A stretch of DNA of 64,000 bases from the NCBI GenBank assembly GCA_963806495.1, contig CAWDYA010000001.1, forward strand, positions 180,030 through 244,029, read 5' to 3'. The translations under genes and the position numbers were made by a program. Positions 49,940-60,656 of the stretch are shown piece by piece. Under the pieces are notes generated by a model. The model made no database searches, was not told where the DNA came from, and was given only the letters and a program-made list of their open reading frames with translations. The DNA is from an uncultured Acidobacteriota bacterium. GTDB lineage: Bacteria > Acidobacteriota > Polarisedimenticolia > JACPZX01 > DASXTC01. How positions within the stretch are numbered: the first letter of the stretch is position 1; every line of letters begins with the position of its first letter.

Positions 49940-51229
49940 GCCTGTGCGGACCTCTTCATGGGGCACGCCTTCATGCTGATGTGATCGTTGAACTCGTGGC
50001 GGAATTTCTGCACGAACGACTTGGCGGGCAGCGCGGCCGCGTCGGCAAAGACGCAGATCGTCTTTCCCACCATGCCGTCGCACACCGACACGAGCACCTC
50101 GAGATCCTTCGGAGTCCCGCCGCCCGCCTCGATCCTCTCGACGATCCTGTAGATCCAGTCGGCGCCGATGCGGCAGGGGGTGCACTGGCCGCACGACTCG
50201 TGCGCGTAGAACTTGAGCACCCGCTCGAGCGCCCGCACCATGCAGACCGAGTCGTCCATGATCATCACCCCGGCCGAGCCGAGCAGGCTCCCCTTGGCCG
50301 CGATGGCGTCGAAATCCATCAGCAGCCCGTCGCACTCGTCGGGCGTCAGCACGGGCGCCGACGATCCGCCCGGGATGACCGCCTTGAGCTTGCGCTTCGG
50401 GTCGAGAAGGCCGCCGCCGAACTCGGAGTACAGCTTCTCGAAGGGCACGCCGAGCTCCGCCTCGTACACGCCCGGCCGCGCCACGTGGCCCGACAGGCAG
50501 TAAAGCTTCGGCCCGGTGTTCTTCTCGCGGCCGATGCCGGTGAACCAGTCGGCGCCCCGCTCGATGATCGAGGGGATGACCGAAAGCGTCTCCACGTTGT
50601 TGATAGTGGTGGGGTTGCCATACACGCCGTGGCTGGCGGGAAACGGCGGCTTGAGCCTCGGGTAGCCGCGTTTGCCCTCGAGGCTCTCCATCAGCGCGGT
50701 CTCCTCGCCGCAGATGTAGGCGCCCGCGCCGCGGTGCAGGATCACGTCGATGTCCCAACCCGACCCGAGCACGTTGCGGCCGATGTACCCCTTCGCGCGC
50801 GCCGCCGCGATCGCCCTGTCGAGCGTCTTCCAGCCCTGGACGAACTCTCCGCGGATATAGATGAAGGCGATGCTGGCCCTGATGGCGTAGGCGCTGATCA
50901 GCACGCCCTCGAGACACAGGTGCGGGTCCTTCTCCATGATGAGCCTGTCCTTGAAGGTGCCCGGCTCCGACTCGTCGGCGTTGACCACCAGGTAGCGCGG
51001 CCTGGTGGTCTCCTTCGGCATGAAGGTCCACTTGAGCCCGGTCGGGAAGCCCGCTCCACCGCGCCCCCGCAGACCGGACTTCTTGACCTCGTCGGTGACG
51101 GCGGCCGGATCCATTCTCGAGCGCCTTCGCCAGGGCGGTGTAGGCGCCGCGCCCGATCGCCGCGTCGATGTCGATCTGATCCGGGTGCCCGGCGTTGCGC
51201 GTGAGTATCTTCTCGGTCAGTGCCGCCAT
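49936..51229 (-). CDS. nuoF: NADH:quinone oxidoreductase subunit F; +1 frameshift near 51115
   Basis: GLRGRGGAGFPTG, NADESEPGTFKDR, GAGAYICGEETAL, HESCGQCTPCR. The N-terminal 38 aa are in the adjacent frame. Confidence 0.95.
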
Positions 51230-51244
51230 GCCGTGTTCCCGTCC

Positions 51245-51757
51245 TTATTTCAGGCCATCGAGGATGGCGTCGATTCTGCTGAAGTCCAGGTTCTCGTGAT
51301 AGTCGTCGCCGATCTGGCACATCGGCGCGGTGCCGCACGAGCCGAGGCACTCCACGGTGCGCAGGGTGAACCGGCCGTCGGCGGTGGTCTCCCCCACCCT
51401 GATCCCCAGCTTCTTCTCCAGATGCGTCACGAGATCGTCGCTGCCGCGCAGCCAGCACGACAGCGTCGTGCAGACGTCGACCACGTGCCGGCCCACGGGC
51501 TGCGTGTGATACATGGTGTAGAACGACACCACCCCGGCAACGAACGCCGGGCTGACGCCGATTCTGCCGGCGATCTGCTCCTGCGCCTCCAGGCTGCAGA
51601 ACCCCTGCTCCTGCTGGGCCAGCCACAGCGCCGGCAGCACGGCCGACTGCTTGACCGGGTAGCGGGCGATCACCTCGTCGATCTTCTTCAGTGTCTCCTC
51701 GCTGAGGTGCTTGCCGGCCGACGCGAACTTGATCCCGACCCTCATCTCGCCGTGCAC
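51245..51757 (-). CDS. nuoE: NADH:quinone oxidoreductase subunit E
   Basis: VVSFYTMY, VCTTLSC, ECLGSCGTAP. The start is uncertain (possibly 51773 with another +1 slip). Confidence 0.95.
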   Translation of the reverse strand: MHGEMRVGIKFASAGKHLSEETLKKIDEVIARYPVKQSAVLPALWLAQQEQGFCSLEAQEQIAGRIGVSPAFVAGVVSFYTMYHTQPVGRHVVDVCTTLSCWLRGSDDLVTHLEKKLGIRVGETTADGRFTLRTVECLGSCGTAPMCQIGDDYHENLDFSRIDAILDGLK

Positions 51758-51769
51758 GGGCCGCCCCGC

Positions 51770-52966
51770 TCATCGGTCCACCTCGCCCATCACCGGATCG
51801 AGGCTCGCGATGATCGCCACGACGTCGGAGATCAGCGAGCCGACGCACAGACCCGGAAGCGCCTGCAGCGTGATGAAGGACGGGGAGCGGATCTTCATCC
51901 GGTACGGCGACGGCCCGCCCTCGCTGAGGATGTGGAAACCGAGCTCTCCCTTCGGCGCCTCGGTCGCCTGGTACACCTCGCCCACGGGTGCCTCGAACCC
52001 CTCGGTGACGATGATGAACTGGTGAATCAGCTCCTCCATCTTCGTCAGCACGTTGGTCTTGGGAGGCAGCACCAGCTTCGGGTCGTCCACGTTGATCGGC
52101 CCGCCCGGCATCCCCTTGACCGCCTGCCGGCAGATCTTCACCGACTGGCGCATCTCCTCGATGCGCACCAGGTAGCGGTCGTAGACGTCGCCGTTGGTGC
52201 CGATCGGGATCTCGAAGTCGTAGGTCTCGTAGCCGAGATACGGGCGCGCCTTGCGCAGGTCGTACTCGACGCCGCTGGCACGCAGGTTCGGCCCGGTCAC
52301 CCCGAGCTCGATCGCATCCTCGGCGCTCAGCACGCCCACCCCCTGCGTCCGCTCCGTCCAGATCGTGTTCTTCGTCAGGAGCCGCTCGTACTCGTCGAGC
52401 TCTTTCGGGAAGCGGTCGAGCCACCGCCCCACCTCCTCGAGGAACCCCGAGGGCAGGTCGCGCGTCAGCCCGCCCACGCGGGCGTAGGACGTGGTCAGCC
52501 GCGTGCCGGTCAGCGCCTCGAAGAAGTCGTAAAGGACCTCGCGCTCGCGGAAGGTGTACATGAACACGGTGATGGCGCCCAGATCCACCGCGTGCGTGCC
52601 GAGCCACAGCAGGTGCGCCGAGATGCGCGACATCTCGGAGATCAACATGCGGATGGCCGCGCAGCGTGGCGGGACCTTCGCTCCGACCAGCTTCTCCACC
52701 GCCAGCGCGAAGCCGACGTTGTTGGACAGCGGGGCGAGATAGTCGAGCCGGTCTGTGTACGGGATGAACTGCGTGTAGGTCTTGTTCTCCGAGATCTTCT
52801 CCATCCCGCGGTGCAGGTAGCCGACCACCGGCACGGCCTTGACCACCCGCTCGCCGTCCAGAGTCAGGATGAGCCGCAGCACGCCATGGGTGGCCGGGTG
52901 CGACGGCCCCATGTTGACCGTCAGCAGCTCTGTTCCCGGCTCGATCGTCTCGGTCTTGAATGGCAT
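51770..52966 (-). CDS. nuoD: NADH:quinone oxidoreductase subunit D
   Basis: NMGPSHPATHGVLRL, GYLHRG, DRLDY, EAPKGELG, DPVMGEVDR; no NiFe-binding CxxC. Confidence 0.97.
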   Translation of the reverse strand: MPFKTETIEPGTELLTVNMGPSHPATHGVLRLILTLDGERVVKAVPVVGYLHRGMEKISENKTYTQFIPYTDRLDYLAPLSNNVGFALAVEKLVGAKVPPRCAAIRMLISEMSRISAHLLWLGTHAVDLGAITVFMYTFREREVLYDFFEALTGTRLTTSYARVGGLTRDLPSGFLEEVGRWLDRFPKELDEYERLLTKNTIWTERTQGVGVLSAEDAIELGVTGPNLRASGVEYDLRKARPYLGYETYDFEIPIGTNGDVYDRYLVRIEEMRQSVKICRQAVKGMPGGPINVDDPKLVLPPKTNVLTKMEELIHQFIIVTEGFEAPVGEVYQATEAPKGELGFHILSEGGPSPYRMKIRSPSFITLQALPGLCVGSLISDVVAIIASLDPVMGEVDR

Positions 52967-52975
52967 CTCAGCGCC

Positions 52976-53494
52976 TCAGGCCCCGATCCCTTCCATGGGA
53001 TAGTCCTTTCGCAGCGGGTGTCCTTCCCAGTCCTCGGGCAGCAGGATCCGCTTCAGATTGGGATGGCCCACAAAAACGACCCCGACCTTGTCCCACTCCT
53101 CACGCTCGTGCCAGTCGGCGGTCTTCCACACGCCCGTGACGGTCGGGACCTCGCCCGGGCCCATGTCGCCGCCGGCGCGGACGGTGAGCCGGAGTATCGA
53201 GTTGTGCTTGAACGAATAGAGCAGGTACGAGACCTCGTACTCCCAGGGCTTCTCCAGCCAGTGGCTCGCCATGACGTCGGTGAGGAAGATGTAGGCCAGC
53301 TTCGGGTCCTGCTTGAGGAACGCGCCGATCTCCACGAGACGGGCCGCCTCGATCAGGATGCTTTCTTCGTCGCGAAACGACACGTGGCCAAGAATCGCCT
53401 CCGGCCAGCGGGCGCGCACCGCCTCGATCGCTTCCAGCGCGGTCTTGTGGCCGTGCTCGACGTCGGGGATGCTTGCGGGCAGATCGAGCGCCAC
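52976..53494 (-). CDS. nuoC: NADH:quinone oxidoreductase subunit C
   Basis: [22 protein letters not shown]...[11 protein letters not shown]. Confidence 0.95.
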   Translation of the reverse strand: MALDLPASIPDVEHGHKTALEAIEAVRARWPEAILGHVSFRDEESILIEAARLVEIGAFLKQDPKLAYIFLTDVMASHWLEKPWEYEVSYLLYSFKHNSILRLTVRAGGDMGPGEVPTVTGVWKTADWHEREEWDKVGVVFVGHPNLKRILLPEDWEGHPLRKDYPMEGIGA

Positions 53495-53498
53495 CGGC

Positions 53499-53855
53499 TC
53501 ACTCCCACCTGAAGGCGCCGCGGCGCCAGATGTAGGCGTATCCCACCACCAGCACGAAGATGAACACCATCATCTCGGCGAACCCCGCAATGCCCAGCCC
53601 ACGGAAGGTGACGGCCCAGGGATACAGGTACGCCGCCTCGATGTCGAACAGGATGAACATCATCGCGATCAGGTAGAACTTGATGGAGATCCGCTTGCGC
53701 CCCTTGTCGATGAGCACGCTGCCGCATTCGTACGGAGATCGCCGGGTGCGTGACGAGGTCACCCGGCCGACGAGATGCGACAGGATGATCACGCCTGCCG
53801 CGGCGGTCAGGGCGACGCCCAGCAGGATGAACGCGTTCGCGTACTGGTCGAACAC
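53499..53855 (-). CDS. nuoA: NADH:quinone oxidoreductase subunit A
   Basis: [30 protein letters not shown]. Confidence 0.96.
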   Translation of the reverse strand: MFDQYANAFILLGVALTAAAGVIILSHLVGRVTSSRTRRSPYECGSVLIDKGRKRISIKFYLIAMMFILFDIEAAYLYPWAVTFRGLGIAGFAEMMVFIFVLVVGYAYIWRRGAFRWE

Positions 53856-53949
53856 AACGTCACCCTTCGTGGTTGAAGGAAATCCAGCAACTTCTTCGGG
53901 GTACGTCCGACGGACGGTGCGGATCCATCATCCAGCTTCAGGAGAGGGC

Positions 53950-53979
53950 AGGCTATCACACGCACGGCCGGCAGGTCAA
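53950..53979 (-). promoter_or_regulatory. Sigma70-type promoter of the nuo operon
   Basis: TTGACC-N18-TAGCCT with an extended TGn, about 95 bp upstream of nuoA. Confidence 0.55.
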
Positions 53980-54048
53980 ACGGGGATGAACATCTAAACT
54001 ATTGCAATAACGACGTTTAGCTTGCCTCGGGCGGCTGCCGGCCCGTTC

Positions 54049-54429
54049 TCAGGGTGCCGGCCGGTGACTTGGCCAGAACGGGGTGATGTCGAAACAGACC
54101 GACAGCTCCTCGCCATTGGTGTCGCGTATGCGCAAGGTGTCCCAGACATGCGATGGGCCGCCGATCAATGACGTTGTGAGACTCCCTCCGAGGTCCTCGT
54201 AGCCGGGGTAGTTCTCCGAGAGCCAGGCCTGCTCCTCCCGCACCGCGTCCGGCGAGCTGCAGTCGCCGCTGACACGCTCGACGTGGAGGCATGGATCGCC
54301 ATCCACCTTCCTGGTGGCCGTGTAACAGGGATCGGGATCGGTGATGCCGCCGGGAGAGCTCTGCACCGCGTGGACGCTGCACCCGGTGGCCACGAGAACG
54401 AGCCCCAGCGCCAGAATGACAGCCATCAT
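54049..54429 (-). CDS. Small hypothetical lipoprotein
   Basis: Lipobox VATGC; four further Cys; EQAWLSENYPG...WDTLRI...VCFDITPFW. Confidence 0.7.
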   Translation of the reverse strand: MMAVILALGLVLVATGCSVHAVQSSPGGITDPDPCYTATRKVDGDPCLHVERVSGDCSSPDAVREEQAWLSENYPGYEDLGGSLTTSLIGGPSHVWDTLRIRDTNGEELSVCFDITPFWPSHRPAP

Positions 54430-54546
54430 GCTCTTATGGACACCGAGGACATTGCCCTGGATGTGGGAATCGCTCGTTGATCCCGAGTCGTGCTCGATGA
54501 CATCATCCGGGCGGGGACGACCCCGGGGCGCGGGCGGTGATGCGCC

Positions 54547-54791
54547 GGAGAACGGCGACGCGGGGCGGAGCTAGATGACGAGGCGGATCGGTAGAGGTGA
54601 GGAGCGCGCCGGGGAATGAGTGAGTCTGCGCTCCCTGTCCCACTGTTTTACGTCACAGCGGACGACAGAGGTGTGGTCCAGGAGGACCTTTGAGGAGGGT
54701 TCCGGGCCAGGGAGCGCAGATGCCTTTTCGAATCTCCTGAAGCTGACCGATCGTTACTGAAAGGTCGGTTTTTATGCTGTAGCGGCAATTC
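54547..54791. ncRNA. Candidate structured small RNA (family and orientation unresolved)
   Basis: Perfect 13 bp stem 54625-54637 / 54708-54720 enclosing sub-hairpins; GGA (CCUCC on the minus strand) enrichment; hairpin + T-run at 54745-54773; minus-strand promoter at 54798-54826. Confidence 0.45.
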
Positions 54792-54797
54792 ATCAGA

Positions 54798-54826
54798 AAC
54801 ATACTCCGGCTTCCGGTCGGAGTCAA
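54798..54826 (-). promoter_or_regulatory. Near-consensus sigma70 promoter
   Basis: TTGACT-N17-TATGTT with an A-rich upstream tract; the nearest minus-strand CDS is about 360 bp away. Confidence 0.65.
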
Positions 54827-54944
54827 GGGCTTATTTTTCGCTTTCATGAGATGGATCACCGGCTGCGCGGACCGGCACCCCGGCCGGGGTGCTGCTAGAA
54901 TCAGATTCCAGCCCCGCCTCCCGGCCCGATGAGAGGTGCGCACG

Positions 54945-57299
54945 ATGCCCCCCGAGAGCAGAAAGCCCGGACCCCGCAACGGCAAACGCCGCAAGGCGAA
55001 GCGCAGCCCTGCACGGCTTCTCCTCGCGGCGGCCGTCCCCGCCTCGGTGATGGCCGCGGTGGCGCTGCTGATCCTTGCGGTGGCGTCGTGGCGGGTGGGC
55101 GCCCGGTTCGAGGCACGCGAGCACGAATCCCCCACCCGGATCTACGGCCGGGCGGTCCGGCTCGCCGACGGGGCGCTGATGGGACAGGAGGATCTCCTCG
55201 AGCGGCTCAAGCGCCTCGGCTACCGGCGCAGCCGGTCGGACCGGCTCGCCCCCGGCGAATACCGGCTCGACCGCGGACTGACGATCGCCTTGCGCTCGTT
55301 CGAGGGGCCCGGCGGAGAGGTGGCAGCGAGCACGGTGAGCCTGCGCTGCCGGGACGGCCGGATCGGCGATCTGACCGACGCGACCACGGGGCGGGACCTG
55401 GATCGGGCGTTCCTCGAACCGGAGGTGCTGACGACGCTGTACGGGCCGATGCAGGAGGACCGCATCGTCCTGGAGCTGCCGGCCTTTCCCCCATCGCTCG
55501 TCGACGCGATCGTCGTCACCGAGGACCGCAACTTCTACCACCATTTCGGCCTCGACCCGACGGGGATGGCGCGCGCCACGCTGACCAACGTGCGAGCCGG
55601 CGAGATTCGCCAGGGGGGAAGCACGCTGACGCAGCAGCTCGCAAAGAACCTGTTCTTCGACCAGGACCGAACCTGGAGCCGCAAGATCGGCGAGGCGGTG
55701 GTGGCCCTGATCCTCGAGGCGCGCTACAGCAAGGACCGGATCCTGGCCGCCTATCTCAACGAGGTCTATCTCGGCCAGCGCGGCGCCGTGTCGATCCGCG
55801 GTTTCGCCGAGGCGGCGCGGTTCTACTTCGGCAAGGACGTGCGCGACCTCGATCTCGCCGAGTCGGCGACCCTGGCCGGTCTCATCCGCGCTCCCGGCAT
55901 CTACAACCCCTTCCTGCATGCCGACCGGGCGGTGGAGCGGCGCAACCAGGTGCTCGCCGCGATGGAGGAGGCGGGCAGGATCACCGCGGCCGAGCAAACG
56001 GCCGCCCAGGCCAGACCGCTCAGGCTGCGGAAGGACCGCGACGGCGGCGCGCCCTCGCGCGGGCTCGCCTATCTGGCCGACCTGGTGCGGGGGATGATCT
56101 CCGATGAGACCAGCGTCGACTTCACCCGGGCCGGCATGCGGGTGTTCACCACCGTGGACCCCACCTACCAGCGCGTGGCCGAGACGTCGCTCGAGCGCGG
56201 GCTGCAGTCGCTGGAGCGCGACTATCGCGGGCTGCGGCGCGGCAGCGGCCCCGACAAGCTCCAGGGCGCCATGGTGGTGCTCGATCCGGCCGACGGCTCG
56301 ATCCTCGCGATGGTGGGCGGGCGCGACTACGCCGTCAGCCAGTTCAACCGGATCACGCAGGCGCACCGCCAGCCCGGCTCGCTGTTCAAGCCGTTCGTCT
56401 ATCTGGCCGGGTACATGAAGGCCGACCCTGCCTTCACGCCCGCCACGCGGCTCGAGGACGAGCCGCTGGAGATGAAGGTGGGCGACAAGCTGTGGGCGCC
56501 CGCCAACTACGACAACACGTTCCGCGGTGTGGTGACGGCTCAGATGGCGCTCGAGCAGTCGCTCAATGTCCCGACCGTGCGGGCGGCGCGGGCGATCGGG
56601 CTCGACGCGGTGGTCGACACCGCGAGGAAGGCCGGCATCGACTCCCCGCTCAAGCCGTATCCGTCGCTGGCGCTGGGAGCGCAGGAGGTCACACCGCTGG
56701 AGATCGCCACGGCCTACGCGACCCTTGCGGGGGAGGGACTCCGGCACCGTCCCGTGCTGGTGGATGCGATCGTGGACGGCACCGGCAACACGATATACAC
56801 GGGACACCGCGAGGCGAACCGGGTGCTGCCCGCGGCGCCGACCTATCTGGTCACGGTCGGTCTGCAGGGGGCGATTGACCGGGGCACCGCCGCCTCATCC
56901 CGCTCGATGGGCTTCACCGGCACCGCCGCCGGCAAGACCGGCACCACCGACGACTACCGCGACGCCTGGTTCTCGGGATACACCCCCGACCTTCTGGCGC
57001 TCGTCTGGGTCGGCTTCGACAACGGCGACACGCTGCGCCTGCCCGGGTCACGCGCCGCGCTGCCGATCTGGGTCGACTTCATGAAGCGCAGCGGCGCCGA
57101 GACCGACGAGACCTTCAGCGAGCCGGAAGGGATCGTCTGGGAGAAGATCGACCCCGCGACCGGCGGCCGCGCCCGCTGGTCCTGTCCCGAGACCGAGTGG
57201 ATGGCGTTTCTCGAGGGGGCCGAGCCCGAGGACCGCTGCCCCGCCCACGGCTGGTTCACCCGCTGGTGGGCGCGCGACAGGGAGCCGTCGGTGGAGTGA
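54945..57299 (+). CDS. mrcB: Bifunctional penicillin-binding protein 1B-like (UB2H + GT51 + transpeptidase)
   Basis: TM, UB2H-like LKRLGYR...PGEY, EDRNFYHH, GGSTLTQQLAKN, catalytic SLFK, SLN, KTGT. Confidence 0.9.
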   Translation: MPPESRKPGPRNGKRRKAKRSPARLLLAAAVPASVMAAVALLILAVASWRVGARFEAREHESPTRIYGRAVRLADGALMGQEDLLERLKRLGYRRSRSDRLAPGEYRLDRGLTIALRSFEGPGGEVAASTVSLRCRDGRIGDLTDATTGRDLDRAFLEPEVLTTLYGPMQEDRIVLELPAFPPSLVDAIVVTEDRNFYHHFGLDPTGMARATLTNVRAGEIRQGGSTLTQQLAKNLFFDQDRTWSRKIGEAVVALILEARYSKDRILAAYLNEVYLGQRGAVSIRGFAEAARFYFGKDVRDLDLAESATLAGLIRAPGIYNPFLHADRAVERRNQVLAAMEEAGRITAAEQTAAQARPLRLRKDRDGGAPSRGLAYLADLVRGMISDETSVDFTRAGMRVFTTVDPTYQRVAETSLERGLQSLERDYRGLRRGSGPDKLQGAMVVLDPADGSILAMVGGRDYAVSQFNRITQAHRQPGSLFKPFVYLAGYMKADPAFTPATRLEDEPLEMKVGDKLWAPANYDNTFRGVVTAQMALEQSLNVPTVRAARAIGLDAVVDTARKAGIDSPLKPYPSLALGAQEVTPLEIATAYATLAGEGLRHRPVLVDAIVDGTGNTIYTGHREANRVLPAAPTYLVTVGLQGAIDRGTAASSRSMGFTGTAAGKTGTTDDYRDAWFSGYTPDLLALVWVGFDNGDTLRLPGSRAALPIWVDFMKRSGAETDETFSEPEGIVWEKIDPATGGRARWSCPETEWMAFLEGAEPEDRCPAHGWFTRWWARDREPSVE

Positions 57300-57336
57300 G
57301 GGCGGTCGGGTGCGGGCTCGCGCCCGACGCCCCGCC
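57300..57336. terminator. Hairpin between convergent genes
   Basis: GTCGGGTGCG-GGCT-CGCGCCCGAC with outer GGGCGG / CCGCCC. Confidence 0.45.
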
Positions 57337-58554
57337 CTATTCGTAGCGCAGCGCGTCGATCGGGTCGAGACCGGCGGCGCGCACGGCGGGGTAGACGCCG
57401 AACACCACGCCGACGAAGGCTGAAACGGAGAAGCCGGCCACGACCGCCCACATCGGGACATGGGCGCCCGGCATGTTGGGGATGAGCGAGGCGACGATAT
57501 AGCCAAGACTGATGCCGAGGGCAATGCCGATCCCTCCCCCCAGCACCGTCAGGATGGTGGCCTCGATCAGGAACTGCAGCAGGATGTTGGCGCGCCGCGC
57601 GCCCACCGCCTTGCGGATGCCGATCTCGCGCGTCCGCTCGGTGACCGACACCAGCATGATGTTCATGATGCCGATGCCGCCCACGAACAGCGCCACACCG
57701 GCGATGCCGCCGGCCACACCCGTGGCGTACTTCGAAATGGTGCCGAGCACCGAGGTGAACTGCTCCTGGGTGAAGAGGCGGAAGTCGTCCGGCTCGTCGG
57801 GGCCCAGCTTTCGCCGACGCCGCATGGCGTCGATGATCTGGGTCTTCGCCAGCTCCATCTTGTCGGGGTCGGAGATGGCCACCTCCCAGAAGGTGTTGAA
57901 CACCTGCTCCTCCCCGAACAGGCTGCGGGCGGTCGAATACGGCACGAAGATGTAGTCGTCGAGGTTCAGCCCGATCAGCTCGCCGCGCGACTCCATCACG
58001 CCCACGATGGTGAAGCTGTCCGGCCCGATCTGGATCACCTTGCCGATCACCGGCTCGTCGAGGTCCAGCTTCTCGATGATCTTGACACCGATGGCGCACA
58101 CCTTCCGCCGCGCCCGGTCGTCGATGTCGGTGAAGAAGCGCCCGCGGTCGACGTAGAAGCTGACCACGTCCATGTAGCCCGGCACCGTGCCCAGGATGTC
58201 CGTGCGCGCCTGCCGGTCGCCGTACTTGATCCGCCGGCCGCCGAAGTAGATCCCCGGTGCGATGTCCTGCACCAGCGATGCGTGGTTCAGCAGATACTCG
58301 GCGTCATCGCGGTACAGCGGCTTGACGATCATGTTCTCGTACTCGGCGCCCTCCGGTCTCTGGGCCAGCACGCGCACCCATCCGGAGCCGAGATCCTTGA
58401 ACAGATCGTTGATCGCGAAGAAGAACCCCTGGACGATCGAGACCACGGCGATGACCGCCGCGACACCGATGACCACGCCCAGCGTGGTCAGCAGGGAGCG
58501 CATCTTGTTGGCCCAGAGGGCCTGGAAGGCTATGGCGAGATTCTCGCCGAACAT
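57337..58554 (-). CDS. MacB/YknZ-like ABC permease
   Basis: RSLLTTLGVVIGVAAV, VGGIGIMNIMLVSVTERTREIGIRKAVGA, PIDALRYE. Confidence 0.95.
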   Translation of the reverse strand: MFGENLAIAFQALWANKMRSLLTTLGVVIGVAAVIAVVSIVQGFFFAINDLFKDLGSGWVRVLAQRPEGAEYENMIVKPLYRDDAEYLLNHASLVQDIAPGIYFGGRRIKYGDRQARTDILGTVPGYMDVVSFYVDRGRFFTDIDDRARRKVCAIGVKIIEKLDLDEPVIGKVIQIGPDSFTIVGVMESRGELIGLNLDDYIFVPYSTARSLFGEEQVFNTFWEVAISDPDKMELAKTQIIDAMRRRRKLGPDEPDDFRLFTQEQFTSVLGTISKYATGVAGGIAGVALFVGGIGIMNIMLVSVTERTREIGIRKAVGARRANILLQFLIEATILTVLGGGIGIALGISLGYIVASLIPNMPGAHVPMWAVVAGFSVSAFVGVVFGVYPAVRAAGLDPIDALRYE

Positions 58555-58567
58555 GGGCCGGGCCTCT

Positions 58568-59269
58568 TCATTGGCCGACGCGGACCGCCACCGGCTCGTC
58601 GAAGACTATCTTTCCGTCCATCAGCTTCACGATCCGCGCGGCGTGATGCGCGATGTCGTCCTCGTGCGTGACCAGAACGATCGTGTTGCCCCGCTTGTTG
58701 AGATCGCCGAACAGCGCCATCAGCTCCGCGCCGGTCTTCGAGTCGAGATTGCCGGTCGGCTCGTCCGCCAGCAGCAGCGACGGCTTGTTCACCAGCGCGC
58801 GGGCGACGGCCACGCGCTGCCGCTGCCCGCCGGACAGCTCGTTGGGACGGTGCGTCATACGGTCGCCCAGCCCCACCGCCTCGAGCGCCTCCCTCGCCAG
58901 CTTCTGGCGCTCGTGCCGGGGCGTGCCGGCATAGATGAGGGGCAGCTCCACGTTGCCCAGAGCGGTCGTCCGCGCGAGCAGATTGAACGTCTGGAAGATG
59001 AAGCCGATCTCCTTGTTGCGGATCGCCGCCAGCTCGTTGTCGTCCAGCTTCGAGACCTCCCGCTCGTTCAGGATGTAAGTGCCCCCGCTGGGGCTGTCGA
59101 GGCAGCCGATCAGGTTCATCAGCGTGGATTTGCCGGAGCCGGAGGGTCCCATGATGGCGACGTACTCGCCGCGGGCGATGCTCAGCGAGACCCCCGCCAG
59201 CGCGTGGACCGTCTCCGTGCCCATCACGTACGTCTTCACCAGATCCTTCACTTCGATCAGCGCTTCCAC
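58568..59269 (-). CDS. MacB/YknY-like ABC ATP-binding protein
   Basis: [30 protein letters not shown]. Confidence 0.96.
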   Translation of the reverse strand: MEALIEVKDLVKTYVMGTETVHALAGVSLSIARGEYVAIMGPSGSGKSTLMNLIGCLDSPSGGTYILNEREVSKLDDNELAAIRNKEIGFIFQTFNLLARTTALGNVELPLIYAGTPRHERQKLAREALEAVGLGDRMTHRPNELSGGQRQRVAVARALVNKPSLLLADEPTGNLDSKTGAELMALFGDLNKRGNTIVLVTHEDDIAHHAARIVKLMDGKIVFDEPVAVRVGQ

Positions 59270-59270
59270 G

Positions 59271-60641
59271 CTACGTCTGCTCCTTGAGATCCTCGTCCTT
59301 TTCCACCGGGACGACCGCATCGCCGTGCTTGAGTTTCTTCAGCGTCCTGTACGGGCCCACGACGACCTTGTCGCCCGCCTGGATCGGCGCGTCGACGAGC
59401 TCGACGTCGAACTCGTCGGACATCCCCGTCTTGACCGGGATCATCACCGCCTTGCCGTCGCGGTCCACGAAGATGACGTCCACGTTCTGGTCGCCCAGCT
59501 CCTGCTCCTTCATCGTGGAGGGCTCGGTTCGCGCCGGCTCCGCCGCAATCGACCCCTCGCCCTCTCCCGCGGCATTGCCCGCTTCCTTGCCCGACAGCGC
59601 CTCGTCGACGTCCTTGCGCTTGCGCTGTATGACCGCCTGGATCGGCACGACGATCGGGCCTTCCTTCCTGGCCACCTCGATCGCGGCGTGGGCCGACATC
59701 CCCGGCCGCAGAGCGGCCAGCCCCGTCCGCCGGCCCGTCTTCACGGGCACCGGCAGCTCCTGCGCGCCGGGCGGGCTGCCGGCCGGCGGCGTCGGCGCCA
59801 GCGACACCTTGACCGCGAAGCGCGAGACGTCGTTCTCCTTCATCGCCGTGTGGGCGATCTCGGTGACCGTCCCGTCGAACTGCTCGTCTTCCAGCGCGTC
59901 CACCGTGACGACCGCCTCCTGCCCGGGCCGGACCAGCGTGACCTCGGTCTCGTCCACCCGCACCTCGGCGAGCAGCTCGCTCATGTCCGACAGCACGAGA
60001 ATGACCGTCCCCGGGTTGTTCATCGTGCCGATGATCACCTGCTCGCCGAGCTTGGCGTTCACCTTGGTGACCAGTCCGTCCATCGGCGCGCGGATGGTGG
60101 TCTTGGCCAGCTCGTCACGCGACTTCTCGAGATCCGCCTCCGCCTGCCGGATCTGCTCCTCGTATGCCTGCACCTGTACGCGGCTCGTCTCGGCCTGCAG
60201 CCTCACCTGCTCGAGGGCGTCCTCGGAGACGATCTTCTCCTTCGCGAGCGCCTCCTGACGCCTCAGCGTGCTCTCGTACGTCGCCAGCGAAATCTTCTCC
60301 CGCTCCAGATTGATGCGGGCGAGCCTCAGGTTCGCCTCGAGCCGGTTGACGGAGGACTGATACTGGTCCGGGTCGAGCTGCAGGAGGATGTCTCCCTTGT
60401 GCACGCGGTCGCCCTCTTTGACCCGCAGGTCGACGATCTCTCCGGGCACCTGCGAGGAGATGTTGACGTACACCTTCGGCTCGATCTCACCGGAGGCCTT
60501 CACGGTCGAGACGAGGGTATCGACCTTCTTCGCCTCCTCCTCGTAGACCTTGGTCCCCTTGCGGGCGACCTGCTTGGCGCTCACGACGACGAGGACCGCG
60601 AGCACGGCGACGATCCCCGTGATTATCAGAACCTTCTTCAT
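59271..60641 (-). CDS. Membrane fusion protein (MacA/YknX-like)
   Basis: [40 protein letters not shown]. Confidence 0.93.
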   Translation of the reverse strand: MKKVLIITGIVAVLAVLVVVSAKQVARKGTKVYEEEAKKVDTLVSTVKASGEIEPKVYVNISSQVPGEIVDLRVKEGDRVHKGDILLQLDPDQYQSSVNRLEANLRLARINLEREKISLATYESTLRRQEALAKEKIVSEDALEQVRLQAETSRVQVQAYEEQIRQAEADLEKSRDELAKTTIRAPMDGLVTKVNAKLGEQVIIGTMNNPGTVILVLSDMSELLAEVRVDETEVTLVRPGQEAVVTVDALEDEQFDGTVTEIAHTAMKENDVSRFAVKVSLAPTPPAGSPPGAQELPVPVKTGRRTGLAALRPGMSAHAAIEVARKEGPIVVPIQAVIQRKRKDVDEALSGKEAGNAAGEGEGSIAAEPARTEPSTMKEQELGDQNVDVIFVDRDGKAVMIPVKTGMSDEFDVELVDAPIQAGDKVVVGPYRTLKKLKHGDAVVPVEKDEDLKEQT

Positions 60642-60656
60642 GGCCGGAAGAGCCCT

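Noticed and set aside
49936-51229. nuoF pseudogene or programmed frameshift
   Set aside because: A single +1 slip with no slippery sequence, matching the window-wide error pattern; all motifs are intact.
51770-52966. Group 4 NiFe-hydrogenase interpretation of the reduced nuo cluster
   Set aside because: NuoD has no CxxC nickel ligands and keeps quinone-site motifs; NuoEFG are present.
54547-54791. Known housekeeping RNA (tRNA, SRP, 6S, tmRNA, RNase P) or a standard riboswitch
   Set aside because: I could not see the diagnostic motifs of any of these; kept only as an unknown candidate.
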